A stretch of DNA of 64,000 nt from Dicyema japonicum (lineage: Eukaryota > Animalia > Dicyemida). The position numbers and the translations under genes are program-made. Shown piece after piece: positions 37,829 through 49,689 of this stretch (positions are counted from its first letter, which is position 1; each line of letters begins with the position of its first letter). The notes under the pieces are model-generated. The model did no database searches and was not told where the DNA came from. It worked only from the letters and a program-made list of their open reading frames with translations. The stretch spans positions 238,749 to 302,748 of the forward strand of contig RDEW01000032.1 in NCBI GenBank assembly GCA_011109175.1. The letters run 5' to 3'.

Positions 37829-38020
37829 TTAACGTCTCCTTTTTGGAAGGTCTTGAGTCCTCACGTGTGATTTGATAACATTTCTAAAATATGCCTGAGC
37901 CTCTTCATGTGTGGAAGGAGAAATATTACTCCAAGGATCTTCGACCATTGAGGGAAGATAAAACGTACAATGTGGTAAGTTGTTATTATATTCAGTAGTA
38001 TTCAATTCTCTATTTGACAT
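37829..38020 (-). CDS. 63-aa protein with an MPLKIP/TTDN1-like motif
   Basis: MSNRELNTTEYNNNLPHCTFYLPSMVEDPWSNISP...; FYLPSMVEDPW resembles the Y-x-x-P-S-M-L-E-D-P-W motif of the MPLKIP family. Confidence 0.5.
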   Translation of the reverse strand: MSNRELNTTEYNNNLPHCTFYLPSMVEDPWSNISPSTHEEAQAYFRNVIKSHVRTQDLPKRRR

Positions 38021-38289
38021 CAACAAAAATAAAAGTTCTGACTTGTTTAAAAACTTATATTTAAAATCTTATAAATTAATTGATTAAATTAAAATAATCA
38101 TTAATTAATTCAATATTAATTCCGTTTGTCGTTGTAGTTCACTCACATATGACGATATTTTACTTGGTTTCACACTACCAACTAAAAAATCACAAATAGT
38201 TTCTAATAAACTAGTTCTTCAACTTTAGGGAAGTCTGACCGGTAAATGGTGGCTACTGTTGGCACGCAAAACTTCCCCACATAAAGATT

Positions 38290-38660
38290 TGATTGACTAC
38301 TTTTAATCCTCGCTCGGGACAGCGAACAGAACCCCATGCCACACAAAAAGGTAAATTTATGAACATTCGAGTAATCCTCGTTTGTCTTCGCTGTGGAATT
38401 AATTCTTTTCTGCAAACATACAGATATAAACTGAATGATATGAAGATCGTAGCAACTTTTGGAAAGAATTGCCATCCACCAACTCCCCTGGAATCTCTGG
38501 TTTGCAAAAACTGTGGGATCTACGATCACTACGATATCAATTTTGCTTTACCTCAGTACGGACATGTGTTGACTCGGGAGATGAACACCGGGTAAGATGA
38601 GGGCATTACTCGAACAGTTGAGATCATCAAATTAGCTAGTTTGGTTTTACCGTGGTACAC
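38290..38660 (+). mobile_element. LINE 3' end with a Cys/His motif and shared tail
   Basis: CLRCG...CKNCGIYDH, then AAGATGAGGGC...GAGATCATCAAATTAGCTAGTTTGGTTTTACCGTGG, similar to the tails at 13550 and 53260-53320 (minus). Confidence 0.5.
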
Positions 38661-39199
38661 AGAGAAGAAAGTTAATGGTAACAACTAGTTAAATTTACTA
38701 CCTCCCGTGATCGCTAAAGCAGAGACCATCCGATGTTACATAAATCCATACGGAACCAGTGGAAAATGAAGAAAGTTGTAGGTGCAGCTCCAATTAGTGG
38801 AGGAGAGCAAATGATTTTTATAAGTGGATAACATGACCACTATCTTGTGGAATAAGGGCAGATAAGGAACAGAGACAATGAAGTAAGATATTCGTTGGAG
38901 TAACCAGTATAGACAATCAGAAGCATTTTTATTTGGCATTCAAACCACTAAGCTTCCTGGTCGAGCAGCAGTAGAACTTATGTATTTATCAGCCTTTCCC
39001 TTTATTGGGATTACTTTTAAACTCCATGGGAGGAAGTGAGACATGGCATCAGGATCGCTTAATTATACGATAAATATTATTCTCATGTTTTCTGAATAAT
39101 TTAAGTGGCAACGATGTGAGTCACTCACAAAGTGTTCCTGGGTAACTTCGTAGTACATCTGAATAAATATTTTTATCCTTTTGTTAGGCTAATTCCTAG

Positions 39200-39265
39200 G
39201 GGCTTCTTGGATCCATGAACTCAGAAGACGTCCCATGCCTGGCTGGCATCCAAAAAGATTATTCC
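39200..39265 (+). repeat. Isolated decayed pseudoknot core, subfamily B-like
   Basis: GGATCC...GACGTCCCATGCCTGGCTGGCATCCAAAAAGATT matches the subfamily B core. Confidence 0.65.
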
Positions 39266-39683
39266 TTCCATACGCCAATGGAGAAGTCCTCACAATGGCA
39301 GATTCTTGGAAAAGATACATTGAGTGTGAGTCCTTTTATAGACGATCCGGTTCTTTAGTGAGATGTTCACATGACGACGTCACTCGTAAAGCCAAGCATC
39401 GTAGATGGGTGTAACCTTCAGCTGTACAGCAGCGAGATTCTAACTATGGCCCATTACGTTACACTGATCGTAATAATACGTGAGAATTTGCTCGAATTAA
39501 ACCACTCGAAGTCACTCAAAGAATATTTTTGTAGAAGCCACGAGCGAGCTCTCAAAATTCGAAATTTAAATTTGTTAGTGGTTGATAACGCCAGAATGCA
39601 ATGGTAAAAATTAGTTGTGGTTAGCGCACGTGATATAATTGTCTTAATGTCAAAACTACGATATTGAGTGAATTACCCATTAC

Positions 39684-40818
39684 ATGATGAGGAAATATGT
39701 GGAAACTTTAATCACTTATTCTTAGCAATCAGGCACTGTCGTGGGAGTCGAAGATTTGAATCCAGAACTGGATGCCTCAATTTTGCGGAAGGCAATGAAA
39801 GGAATAGGTATTGGAAGATCATACATACAGGAACCAACGAGGAGGCGCTAATAAACATTTTATGCACAAGACGAATTTTCAAAGGCAGGTGATAGCTGAA
39901 GAGTACAAGTCAAACTACGGGCGGGTATTTCAATCAAATTGACCTTAAAGGACTTGAAAGACGACATTCACGGAGAAACCGGTGGAAATTTTAGAAATCT
40001 GCTACTCGGTCTTTTAGAAGAGGAAGTTGATTACGACACAAGAGAGCTTAATAAAGCCATCAAAGTCGATTCATTTCCTCACATGTAGGGTCTGGGAAGT
40101 GATGAAGAGGTTTTGATTGAAATTATTTGCACGAGGACTAGCCAACAGCTTGAAGCCATAAAAATGAATTACGAGAAAAGTATTCAGTCTGTTAACTTCC
40201 TCAGTGTTTGATCGAACACTGGAAGAAGACATCTGTGATGATATTAGCGGAGACTTAAAGAGAATAATTATATCACTTTTACAGAATAATCGAGAAACGG
40301 GGACACTTATGACCTGTAAATTTAATTTATTAGTATTTAGAGATGAAGTTATAGAGGATGTTGAATCCCTTCAAAATGCAGGGACTGAAACATGGGGGAC
40401 TGATGAGTCAGTGTTCAACAGAATAATGGCAAATCGATCATTTCCACATCTCCAAGGACTTTTCCAGGAATACCTCGAACGAACGGGGAATCAATTTGAG
40501 GATGTACTTAAAGAAGAAATGACTGGTGATCTTCTCAAAGCATATTTGGCCATAGTCCAATGTGTTGTCGATAGGCCTGGATTCTTTGCTAGAAAATTAT
40601 CAGATGCAATGAAAGGAATGGGAACAAACGAGGATACATTGTCGAGAATTATCATATCGAGAAGCGAGGTGGATTTGGTTCAAATCATGGAATGGTACGG
40701 CATATTAACCGATGAGAGTCTCGCTTTGAGAGTAGAGGTCTTTTTAGTGAAGATTTATCTATAGGCGGAAACAAGTGGGGACTATCAAAGAGCGCTACTC
40801 ACACTAATAGGAAACTGA
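39684..40818 (+). CDS. ANX: Annexin (at least 7 exons, 23-27 nt introns; one apparent 1-nt deletion near 39870)
   Basis: Introns 39699-39725, 39808-39830, 39925-39950, 40065-40088, 40180-40204 and 40738-40764 (possibly also about 40312-40336). They yield four annexin repeats: KAMKGIGTNEEALINIL, KAIKGLGSDEEVLIEII, AGTETWGTDESVFNRIM and DAMKGMGTNEDTLSRIIISRSE...ETSGDYQRALLTLIGN*. Confidence 0.92.
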
Positions 40819-41359
40819 TTCCTAACACATTTCGTTAAAATAATATTAATTGGTGAGACCCATTTGTACCCCTATTCCACTAAGGACTCTACTAGGGATA
40901 CACTATCTAATGGTGATCAAGAACCAAGACCTATAAACAGCTTGAAAATTAGAGAACCTGGATACAATTATTACCAAAACCCTATGGGGACTATTTGAGC
41001 ACATATTACGGATGAACACTCTTCTTGCTTACAATAATATGGAATCATACTTCTTCTGCTCAGGGGTCTTTAGAGGAAGCCACTAACATTTTTGACATCA
41101 ATAATGAATATTGATCTAAAAATGTTAAAGTGGCATTAGAAGACACAGGTTAACTAGATAGCTTTTAAAAAATCGAAATCTCGAGAAGAGCGTGGAGGTG
41201 TCTAACAGACCGGATCATATGGGTGGCCCAAGCGCTTGGGAGATTATAACTTTCTTATTGGAATGCGCATTATAATAATTCCACGAAATGACTATTTAGC
41301 TTCATAATGAAAAAAAGCTGTATTTTTTGTTAGCATAGATGACGTGATAACTCAGGAGT

Positions 41360-41512
41360 AAATATTGAAGATCATACATATAGGGTAAACGAAGAGGCGC
41401 TAATAAGCATTTTATGCACAAGGACGATTTTTCAAAGGCAGGTGATAGCTGAACAGTCCAAAGCAAGCTACGGACGGGTATTTCAATCACATTGATCTTA
41501 AAGACTTAAAAG
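41360..41512 (+). pseudogene. Partial genomic duplicate of annexin exon 3 with flanking introns
   Basis: EEALISILCTRTIFQRQVIAEQSKASYGR followed by the intron GTATTTCAATCACATTGATCTTAAAG; highly similar to 39815-39960. Confidence 0.9.
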
Positions 41513-42199
41513 TAGAGATTAAAATGTTATTTAAGAAAAATGACTGTAAAATGTTATTTAAGAAAAATTCTCAAAATTTGATAACGCCCCGACAGGACAA
41601 CAACCACTTCTTTTCATTGAAATAGAGACTTCCGAGGTCGTAGGAGAGAAGAGGCTCAAAATGGCAGTGATCAGAGGCCTTCGCAATCAAGGCTTCTTAA
41701 CTAAAAGACTTTAGTTGTTTTATTTTTTCTTTAAAAAACTATTTTAAACAATTTGATGAAGTAGATATAAGTTTATTTGAAAAAATTGAAGAATTCAAGA
41801 TAATATAAAATGCAATAAAAAAACGTCAGGAATCTAGCCCACAACAGGCAACCTAGTCTATAGGATCGGTTCAGTGATCTTAAGGGTTACTAAGGATATG
41901 CGTCAGGGATTGCTTTGAAAATTTCTTTCAATTTATTTATTTATCAGTCTATCTCTTAGCTATTGTCCGAGGAAAAATAAAAAAATAGTTGAAATAGTTG
42001 CCATTTTTTCGACCCAGATTAAAATTAACTTTCTCGTTAAATAATTTAATTTAATAAAAAATATATATTTTAAATAAATATTTTTTCGTTAATTCAATCC
42101 ATTCTTTATGCAGGTTCTGGATGGACTTTATAAGTTGTTTGTTGACATTGGGAGCTAGTACACTTAATTAGGATGCGATTGATGGGTTCCTCAGTTATC

Positions 42200-43700
42200 G
42201 GACTGGAGATGAACTTGAAAATCTGCTCCCAATCTGGTGGCATACTTACCATGTTTTAAGACTTCGGATAGAATGGTGGATACTGCTATTGGGAGTACTG
42301 TAGATGATAAATAGTGTTTTGCAAGCAAAGATTTGAAGGGGGATAAATTTGCAAGAAGGTTACACATACTTGAAAATGTTAAGAGAATAAAAAAAGCTAA
42401 ATTCAATAAATTTATTTTCTGCCATAAATAAATATCCTCTTCCAAATATAACTATTATATTGGACTAATTAACGTGGAACCGTTAGAATTATAGGATTTA
42501 TGAACAAATATGCCAAATGAGGTCGAAGTCGGCTAATAAGGAGAGATTGTATTGCTATTGAAAATTCTTCGGGGGAGGATTAACGTGGTTTATTTTACGA
42601 AATGATGCTTCCCCCATTTTATAAAAGTTTGGAAAGGATGTCTCCTGGCTGATTGAAGCTCTAGGGAGTGGATAAAATCACAAGAAAAAGAATTAATTCC
42701 ATAAGTGGAATACAATTCCAAGCAATTTACAGTTCTTTCTGCCATTGTCAACAATATTTCTGTTCTTCAAGCAGGATGGGTGTCTCAGAGAGTTCGTGTC
42801 ATAAATCAAAGACAAAGAAGGATTCACAGGGGTTAATGGAACCTCATTCTTGAACCGTTCAATGCTAATCTTAGACGAGCACAAGTTCCTTGCGAACAGA
42901 AATGGGAATCGGCAATATTAAAAATTTCCATTCATAGCAGATATCTGAGGAGTACTCCGAATAAGAAGGACGACACGGTCGAACACGAATTTAAGGGGGT
43001 TTCGGTCAATAATGAAAGAATTGAAAAATGATGTCGAATCACAAGTCTGTGCTTATTCAGTGATAATGAATGTTCGATTCCCAAGTTCACCGAGCAATTA
43101 GCAGATGTCAAAGGAAATTTAAGTTTGGTGGAAATAATATTGCATTCCAATATCAAATAACTAGTTCATCATAGTGTTGTGTATTTCAGACTCGTGCATT
43201 GAAAGGATCGCTCCTACAAGGTTCCGGCAGAAATAAATAATTCCGATTGAGTCTTGGAAGTAAGACAGTCTTCTCTGGGCTGGTTGAAGACACAGGAAAT
43301 ATAATGGAAAAGTCTGATTCATTCTGCCCTAACAAGTTCTCTCTCCGCCATTATGGAAGATTCAGTTTGTCTCTTAGAAGGAGAATGGCTGACTCAAGTT
43401 ATATATGCCACGAGGCAAAGATTTGAAGGGTGATTAATTCCAAATATTAAGGGAGATCCCGAGGTCTTCCAGGAAGTTCTGATCTGTATATTCTACTCCG
43501 ATTAGTGCTGCATAAAACAAATTTGAGAAATTAGCAAAATATTTGTATAGAACATTCTGATAACAGTCTTCCAGCACTAATGGGAGAATATAATAATACA
43601 GACAAGTATCCCTTTCAATATTGGAATATATCTCTGAATATAAATTAATTGATAACTGCTTTGAAGATAGAACACAATACTTCGTAAGAGAAAAAGAAGT
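42200..43700 (-). mobile_element. Degenerate L1/Tx1-like RT remnant
   Basis: Minus-strand fragments VFDRV and PLTPVNPSL fall in RT-like order; highly decayed. Confidence 0.35.
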
Positions 43701-43829
43701 GCAAACTAAATAAACGATCACAATAAAACTACTGTTTATTTATAGGAGGTTTACCATATTATTAAAAAAATAATATATTTATTAATTAATATATATTATT
43801 AAATAATTAAAATGAGATTACTGTGCATC

Positions 43830-44470
43830 CATTTTCCTGAGATAAACAGTAATCTGTAAGGACCGTCAGGGAATACCAGGTGTAGGACTACTCACAATTA
43901 TAAAGAATGGTATACTTTTCATTGACGTGAGTCGACGGACCTCAGAACTTTAGGACTCTGACGATACCATAGAGCTGATCATCATCAAAATGGAGCTGTA
44001 CTCGTCTTTTTGGATCAATTTGATTAACCTATATATTCCACCACAAGGATCCTGCACAAAATCTTACACCCCAAATATACCTTGGCTCTCAGTACTAAAG
44101 AACGCTCTAATATGCGGTGACCTAAATGCCCGACACCCCGTTTGGTAGCTTACAGTCCTCTGAGACCCGAGGCGAGTTCATCGCAAATCGTCTTATTATT
44201 ATGTTTATCCTGAATGATCCTAAATTACTCACAAGAGCTCCTTTAACTGATAGCTGCACCTCTCCTGATTTAACCCTATGTTCACCCTTTTTAGCAGGAG
44301 TCACTACAAGGAATGTGAACTATGCTTTCTCCAGCGACCATAATCCCATCCTTCTTACGTTAAGAGGATTTCGGAGACGCCGGACATTGCTGACCGAAAT
44401 GATACGTTTCAATAATTATTAGAAGGTTGACTGGTCTGGCTTCTCTGACTTTGTATACCTGGAATTGGTC
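43830..44470 (+). mobile_element. LINE APE endonuclease remnant
   Basis: KDRQGIPGVGLLTII, LINLYIPP, ICGDLNARHPVW, SPDLTLCS and SSDHNPILLTL. Confidence 0.85.
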
Positions 44471-44852
44471 AAGGGACTTTTATCATTGAGTTACATTAAT
44501 CTAACTAACTAGTAGTAAGCCTTTTTAGAAGCTCATTCACAATTCTCGGGGGTTTGCATAAATACCTTATTCTCCATGACCGCGATACTTGAGAGCCATC
44601 GCGATCGATGTGCCAACCAGAATATACATCCAATCCGTTATCTTTAAAAAGATGTTGGAGAGCATGTTGGTGGAGAATCACCTGGTTGAGTTGGCAGTCC
44701 TGTTCAATGACGTTCTAGGTAACCTGAGTGAGGAGGAAACGGATGGGATCCAGGTCAACGACTCCTCTCTAGAAACAGTAGTAATTTTGATTTAATTGTT
44801 TCCCGTAAAAATCAAACTCGTTTTTTTAATATTTAAATGTATTAATTAATAT

Positions 44853-45210
44853 TTAAATAATACTCTCCAGAAGTTCCCATATTTCTCTCAAATGACTAAG
44901 CATTGAAAGGATATGATTACGTTTCTATAAATATAAATAAAAAATACTTTTAATAATTCCCGAATTGCTGGATTTTCAACTAAAATTGCATCTAAAAATT
45001 ACATAGTTCGTAAACCCATATTTCTGAAAAAATCAAATCCTCTGACTGAATCAAATCTTGGTGGATCTCCGTCAAAATATGAAACAACCCACTCACGTAA
45101 TTCTCTTGCAATTTGTTGATCCCGTAATTGATAGAATTCTATTCTACTCCTAAGATATGAAAATATGTTGTAATCTCCAATCTCTATTTGGGACATTTTT
45201 GTGCTTCCAT
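44853..45210 (-). CDS. Orphan family member 1 (about 103 aa, 3 exons)
   Basis: MEAQKMSQIEIGDYNIFSYLRSRIEFYQLRDQQIARELREWVVSYFDGDPPRFDSVRGFDFFRNM|DAILVENPAIRELLK|KRNHILSMLSHLREIWELLESII*, using 24- and 23-nt GT-AG introns at positions conserved in the two paralogs. Confidence 0.85.
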
Positions 45211-46687
45211 TTTTATTTAAAAATTCATTTTATATTAAAATTCTAAAATTTCACTTATCTTAGTCATTTTTTGAATCAGTGTTATAAACTTGGAAAAATA
45301 AAATTGACTAATCTTGAATATTACAAATTAAAAATTCATGCAATTAATAATTAATGTTTTTTTTCATGTTTGATATCTACATGTCTGTTCTCTCTTTGCA
45401 CCGTAAATTCCAGAGGAGTCAATACTATGTATAAAAACTTGAGCTAGTACAAGACCTGGAACGATACAAACTATCTTTACGTTGCCTACAGAAGACGAAA
45501 ATAGCAGACAACGGAGCATTGTAAATTGAAAATTACTGCATGAGTGAGATTGGAAGAGGATTTGTGGTAGGATACTTAAAATGTACAAGAAAGAATAACT
45601 AATTTTTGATTTTCCGAAAAAGCTTATCCTGTGAGTCTGCTTATATGTGTTTCTTAGCTTTAAGATCTCACAGGATTCTATCCTTTCTGAGACAAATGTT
45701 GACTTTTTTTCCAATTCTTCCAAAAAAAATATTAAATTAAAAATTTAAATATTCAAAAATCGTGATTATTATTGGGCAGTTATTACACCACATTTACGAC
45801 ATAAATTAATAATGCTTGTTTATTAAGGAAAGAAGTCGCTATATAATCGTTACTCTCTTTTCTTTCCTTAATATGTCTATGATAATACAATATGTTCCAC
45901 CTCCTAGTTCTGCACAGAACCAAATGTACCTGTCGGATCTCTGTGAACGTCCGCTCTTGCCTTTATCGTTTTTGTTAGCCACCGCTTTCTTTCAATCGAA
46001 GGGACCGGGGGTAAATAAATACTATTAGCTCATCTGACCAACACATCAAACACAACTTTTAGTTTCTCGGTATTCAAGTTTCCTTTAAAATTATGGTGGA
46101 GCGTGGGAAATTACCAAATTAACTATTATTTAATTTGATTGTATAAAACTTTGTCTGTTTGATGATGAAGTAGAGTCATCTCGAAAAAGTCCCATGACCA
46201 CCGGGCTTCCAGCTCAATTTTCAATGAGTGTCCTAAGAGCCGAGTCAATCCTCTGTGATTTTTATCGAGATTGGCGCGCATCTCATCTTCTCCCAGTTTT
46301 GCAGGTGGTTCACCTTATGTGGTAGAGCTCAGTGTTGAAAGACAGCGAAAAGATTCATTTTATCTTCCCATCCATCCGATTTGTAAATCTGGATGGTATA
46401 CCTCATTTCGAACTGTGAGAAGTTGCTCGCTTGAAAGGTCTTGATGGAATGTGATAAAAAACTACTTAAACAAAATGACTCGATTAAATGGTGAGTAGTT
46501 TTTAAAGTTCTTTATCTTAAAAGCTTTGTCATGTCGCCTTGTAAGCATAGTCACTAGTTTTAAGTGTGTGTCTTTTGATTGCTCAACAGCTAATTTATTT
46601 TTTTAATAAATAAAATAAATTTTTTGATTAGTAATTAAACTATCAAGATTAACGCGCGACAGATAACAGATTTCTAGCGTAGTCATC

Positions 46688-46925
46688 GCGTGGCGCCATG
46701 TGGTGCTACTTGGATAGTTTGTCAAAATTATTTTCTCTCCTTCCGATGGCGTCATTGGATCCACCTTACTGAGGATCCGCCCAATACCTGGCCGGCATCA
46801 AGAGGATCCAACAGTTCTTCCCCGGGGACAACGTCGTCACCTGGTGACAAGTTCTGGAATGCTGGAACGAGTCAGGATCAAGGAGTTAGTTAGTTTGGTT
46901 ACTCTTAGTCTTTGGAAATAATTTT
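46688..46925 (+). repeat. Pseudoknot-core SINE-like repeat, subfamily B
   Basis: Head GCGTGGCGCCATGTGG, core 46748-46809, tail CAGGATCAAGGAGTTAGTTAGTTTGG; homologous to 63235-63455 (minus). Confidence 0.85.
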
Positions 46926-46944
46926 AATTTTTTAACACGCGACT

Positions 46945-47305
46945 GGCCGCGTGGTGCCATGTGGTGGTGCTTCGTGACTATTGATTAAAGTTTCTGTATT
47001 GTTCGTCTGTTCCTAACTCACTTAATTAGCGTGTGGTCATGTGGTTCGCATTGTCATGGTGGCCGTCAGATACAAGTTAAGTGTATCCAAAAAAAACCAC
47101 CTGTCAACGACCATCCGGAGGAGGTTCCCCTTGGACGGCTCTTCCTACACATCCGGGCACTTTTTCCGGTAGACTAGTGATGTCAGGAAGAATGTCTAGG
47201 AACGCAGTCAAAACACTGAGAAAAGATGCGGAGACTGCTGAAGGAAGATGGGATCACCTGAAATTTGGTTATTTTTGGATATGACGGTGGTTTTAGTTCA
47301 ATAAA
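46945..47305 (+). repeat. Pseudoknot-core SINE-like repeat, subfamily C
   Basis: Head GGCCGCGTGGTGCCATGTGG, core 47035-47100, 3' part shared with 49690-49980 (GACTGCTGA...ATCACCTGAA...ATGACGGTG...CAATAAATT). Confidence 0.8.
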
Positions 47306-47666
47306 TTAAACTAATGTGAAAGTAAAAGTGCTATCTAGAAGTTCGCGCACTTTTTTCAAATGATCGAGCATTAACAAATTATATCGTTGCTCCTATAATT
47401 ATAAATAAAATATACTATCCTTATTTGGCGGATTTCTGGATAATCAAGTACAATTGCATCTAAAGATTACATAAAGTATATAAACCAAAGTCTCTCTCAA
47501 AGGCACTTCCCCTGTCTGTTTCAGACCTCGGCGGATTTCCATCAAAATACTCAATCAGCCATTCTCTTAATCTCCTTCGATATTCCTGCTCTTTTGAGTC
47601 ATAAAATTCTTTTTTATCCCGCATATATGAGAATATGTTGTATTCATTGAATTCTGGTTGTGTCAT
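47306..47666 (-). CDS. Orphan family member 2 (3 exons)
   Basis: MTQPEFNEYNIFSYMRDKKEFYDSKEQEYRRRLREWLIEYFDGNPPRSETDRGSAFERDF|DAIVLDYPEIRQIRI|EQRYNLLMLDHLKKVRELLDSTFTFTLV*; 26- and 23-nt introns. Confidence 0.85.
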
Positions 47667-48999
47667 TTTTTTTGCTTCTAAAATATTCAAAAATTTCATA
47701 TTTATAGTAAATTTCGAAAATTTCACGTATCTTATTAAAAAGATTAGATAAGATAAAAAAATTTGCTTGTCCCCTCCTACGATTAAATTGTATCTTCAGG
47801 CTAAAGTGGAGGTTTTGTTATGGAAACGTTACGAAGGGATATATTTAGAAACTTTAAAAAGAAACAAAGTCGATGTGAGGGATCGAGGATAGTTATTCGC
47901 GATTGGACAGAAGACTTCAACGAGGTCAGTTCAAATGCAGCATTTATTTGTTCGGAAGCAATGTATGAGGAGGACGTTGACAATTATCAAATTGATCAAT
48001 TCCATAATTCCCTGATAGAAAAGGCTAGTAGAAATACCTTATACCCATTATGCATTTATTCTCATAAACTACCTCTTCCTCTAATGTCGATGGATCATCC
48101 ACATGTTCTTCAGACTCTTCGATTTCGTCATAATAAGAGACATGTAGGTTCCTCTAATATCACATTTATTCAAATTCAAAGAATTTTAATACTTTGATTA
48201 ATAAATGACTTGACAGTCATCAACGAAAGATTTCTGTCTATTTATTTACCCCCGGTTTCTTCGAATGAAACCAATCATTAACAAGAACGTTCTCAGTGAT
48301 CCGACTGATGTATTTGATGCTTTGAAGAACTCAAAGGCAGGGCCAGACATGAGAAGATATGCCCATATTCTGGTCTTTTTATGATCTTATAAAAACTCCT
48401 TATTATATCTGATTGAGCTTAATAGTGAAAATTGTCCGTCACAGCCTAATATGGCTTTTGTTATTGATTTTTGCTATCTCTTCCGATGTAATAACCACAA
48501 TTTTTAGATTTTATACAACCTGCATTGCGACGCATCAACTGATACAGTCAGCTTCAAAAAAGACAAAAATTTTATAAATTAAATACGAAATTGAAAATGT
48601 TAACTAAGCTAGCAAATAGTGAAAATAATTATTAAACACTTTTTCTATGATTTGTTAGTGGAAAACATGCTCATTCTCTTTCACTAATTACTGTTACCAG
48701 CAAGCTTTTGTAGTCCTCTCTCTCCAAATATCTCCCAATGTTTAGAGGTCTTTTTTCAGGCCCATTGGTTTTGTAGTCCTAATTTGTGCACATATCGTGA
48801 ATCGCCAAGGGTTAGGTCTTCACTGATCAAGTCAGCTTAATCTTCCAGGTCTTTTTTCAATAATCTCCAAGGAGTCCCGTCAAGTTTCTGTGATTTAGTA
48901 GAGATTGGTGACTATCTCACTAAAGTAAACGGTTCTGATAGAAGATTGCTGTAGTGAAAAATTAATAAATTTATTTTATTGAATCCAAAAATAATGTAG

Positions 49000-49362
49000 T
49001 TAATCATTTATGATACTGTCGAGAAATAGCGCTGTTATCCTTAAAACATCAATCGTCAAAGAAATATATTTATTTTCTACAATTATAACAAAGAAATACA
49101 ATTTTGATCTCACGAATTGCCGGATATTCATTTAATATGGTATCTAAAAATTACATAAAGTTTATGAACCAAGATCTCTAAGAAAGGCCTGTCCCCTGGC
49201 TGAATCAGCTATCGGTGGATCTCCGTCAAAATATAAAATAGTCCACTCACGTAATTCTCTTTGCATTTGTCGCTGTTCTAATAAATAGAATTCTATTCTA
49301 TTCCGAAGATAAGAAAATATGTTATATTCATCGATTTCTTTTTGCCATTTTTGAGCTTCCAT
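49000..49362 (-). CDS. Orphan family member 3 (3 exons; exon 3 needs one extra base)
   Basis: MEAQKWQKEIDEYNIFSYLRNRIEFYLLEQRQMQRELREWTILYFDGDPPIADSARGQAFLRDL|DTILNEYPAIREIKI|(E)NKYISLTIDVLRITALFLDSIIND*; 26- and 23-nt introns; the frame at the last acceptor is off by one. Confidence 0.75.
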
Positions 49363-49689
49363 TATTTTAGAAATTAGTATTTATAGTAAGATTCTAAAAT
49401 TTCACAATCTTAGTCATATTTTTGAATCAATGTTATAAACTTTCCTGAAAAAGATAAATTGAATATTTTTGAATATTAGCAAATAAGAATTTATTTAAAT
49501 AATATTTAAAATAATCATTTAAGTGGTGGTTGAGAAATTGGAAAGCAAGACTTAAGATATTCGGGTAGGTCCAAAGAGGAGGCGAATCTTTTGAGACAAT
49601 CCTTAATCTAGTCAATTTTATTTTATAATATCAATTAAATCGACGGATACTCAGGAGTTATTTTCTATTTGGTTGAGAGATTTAACTAT

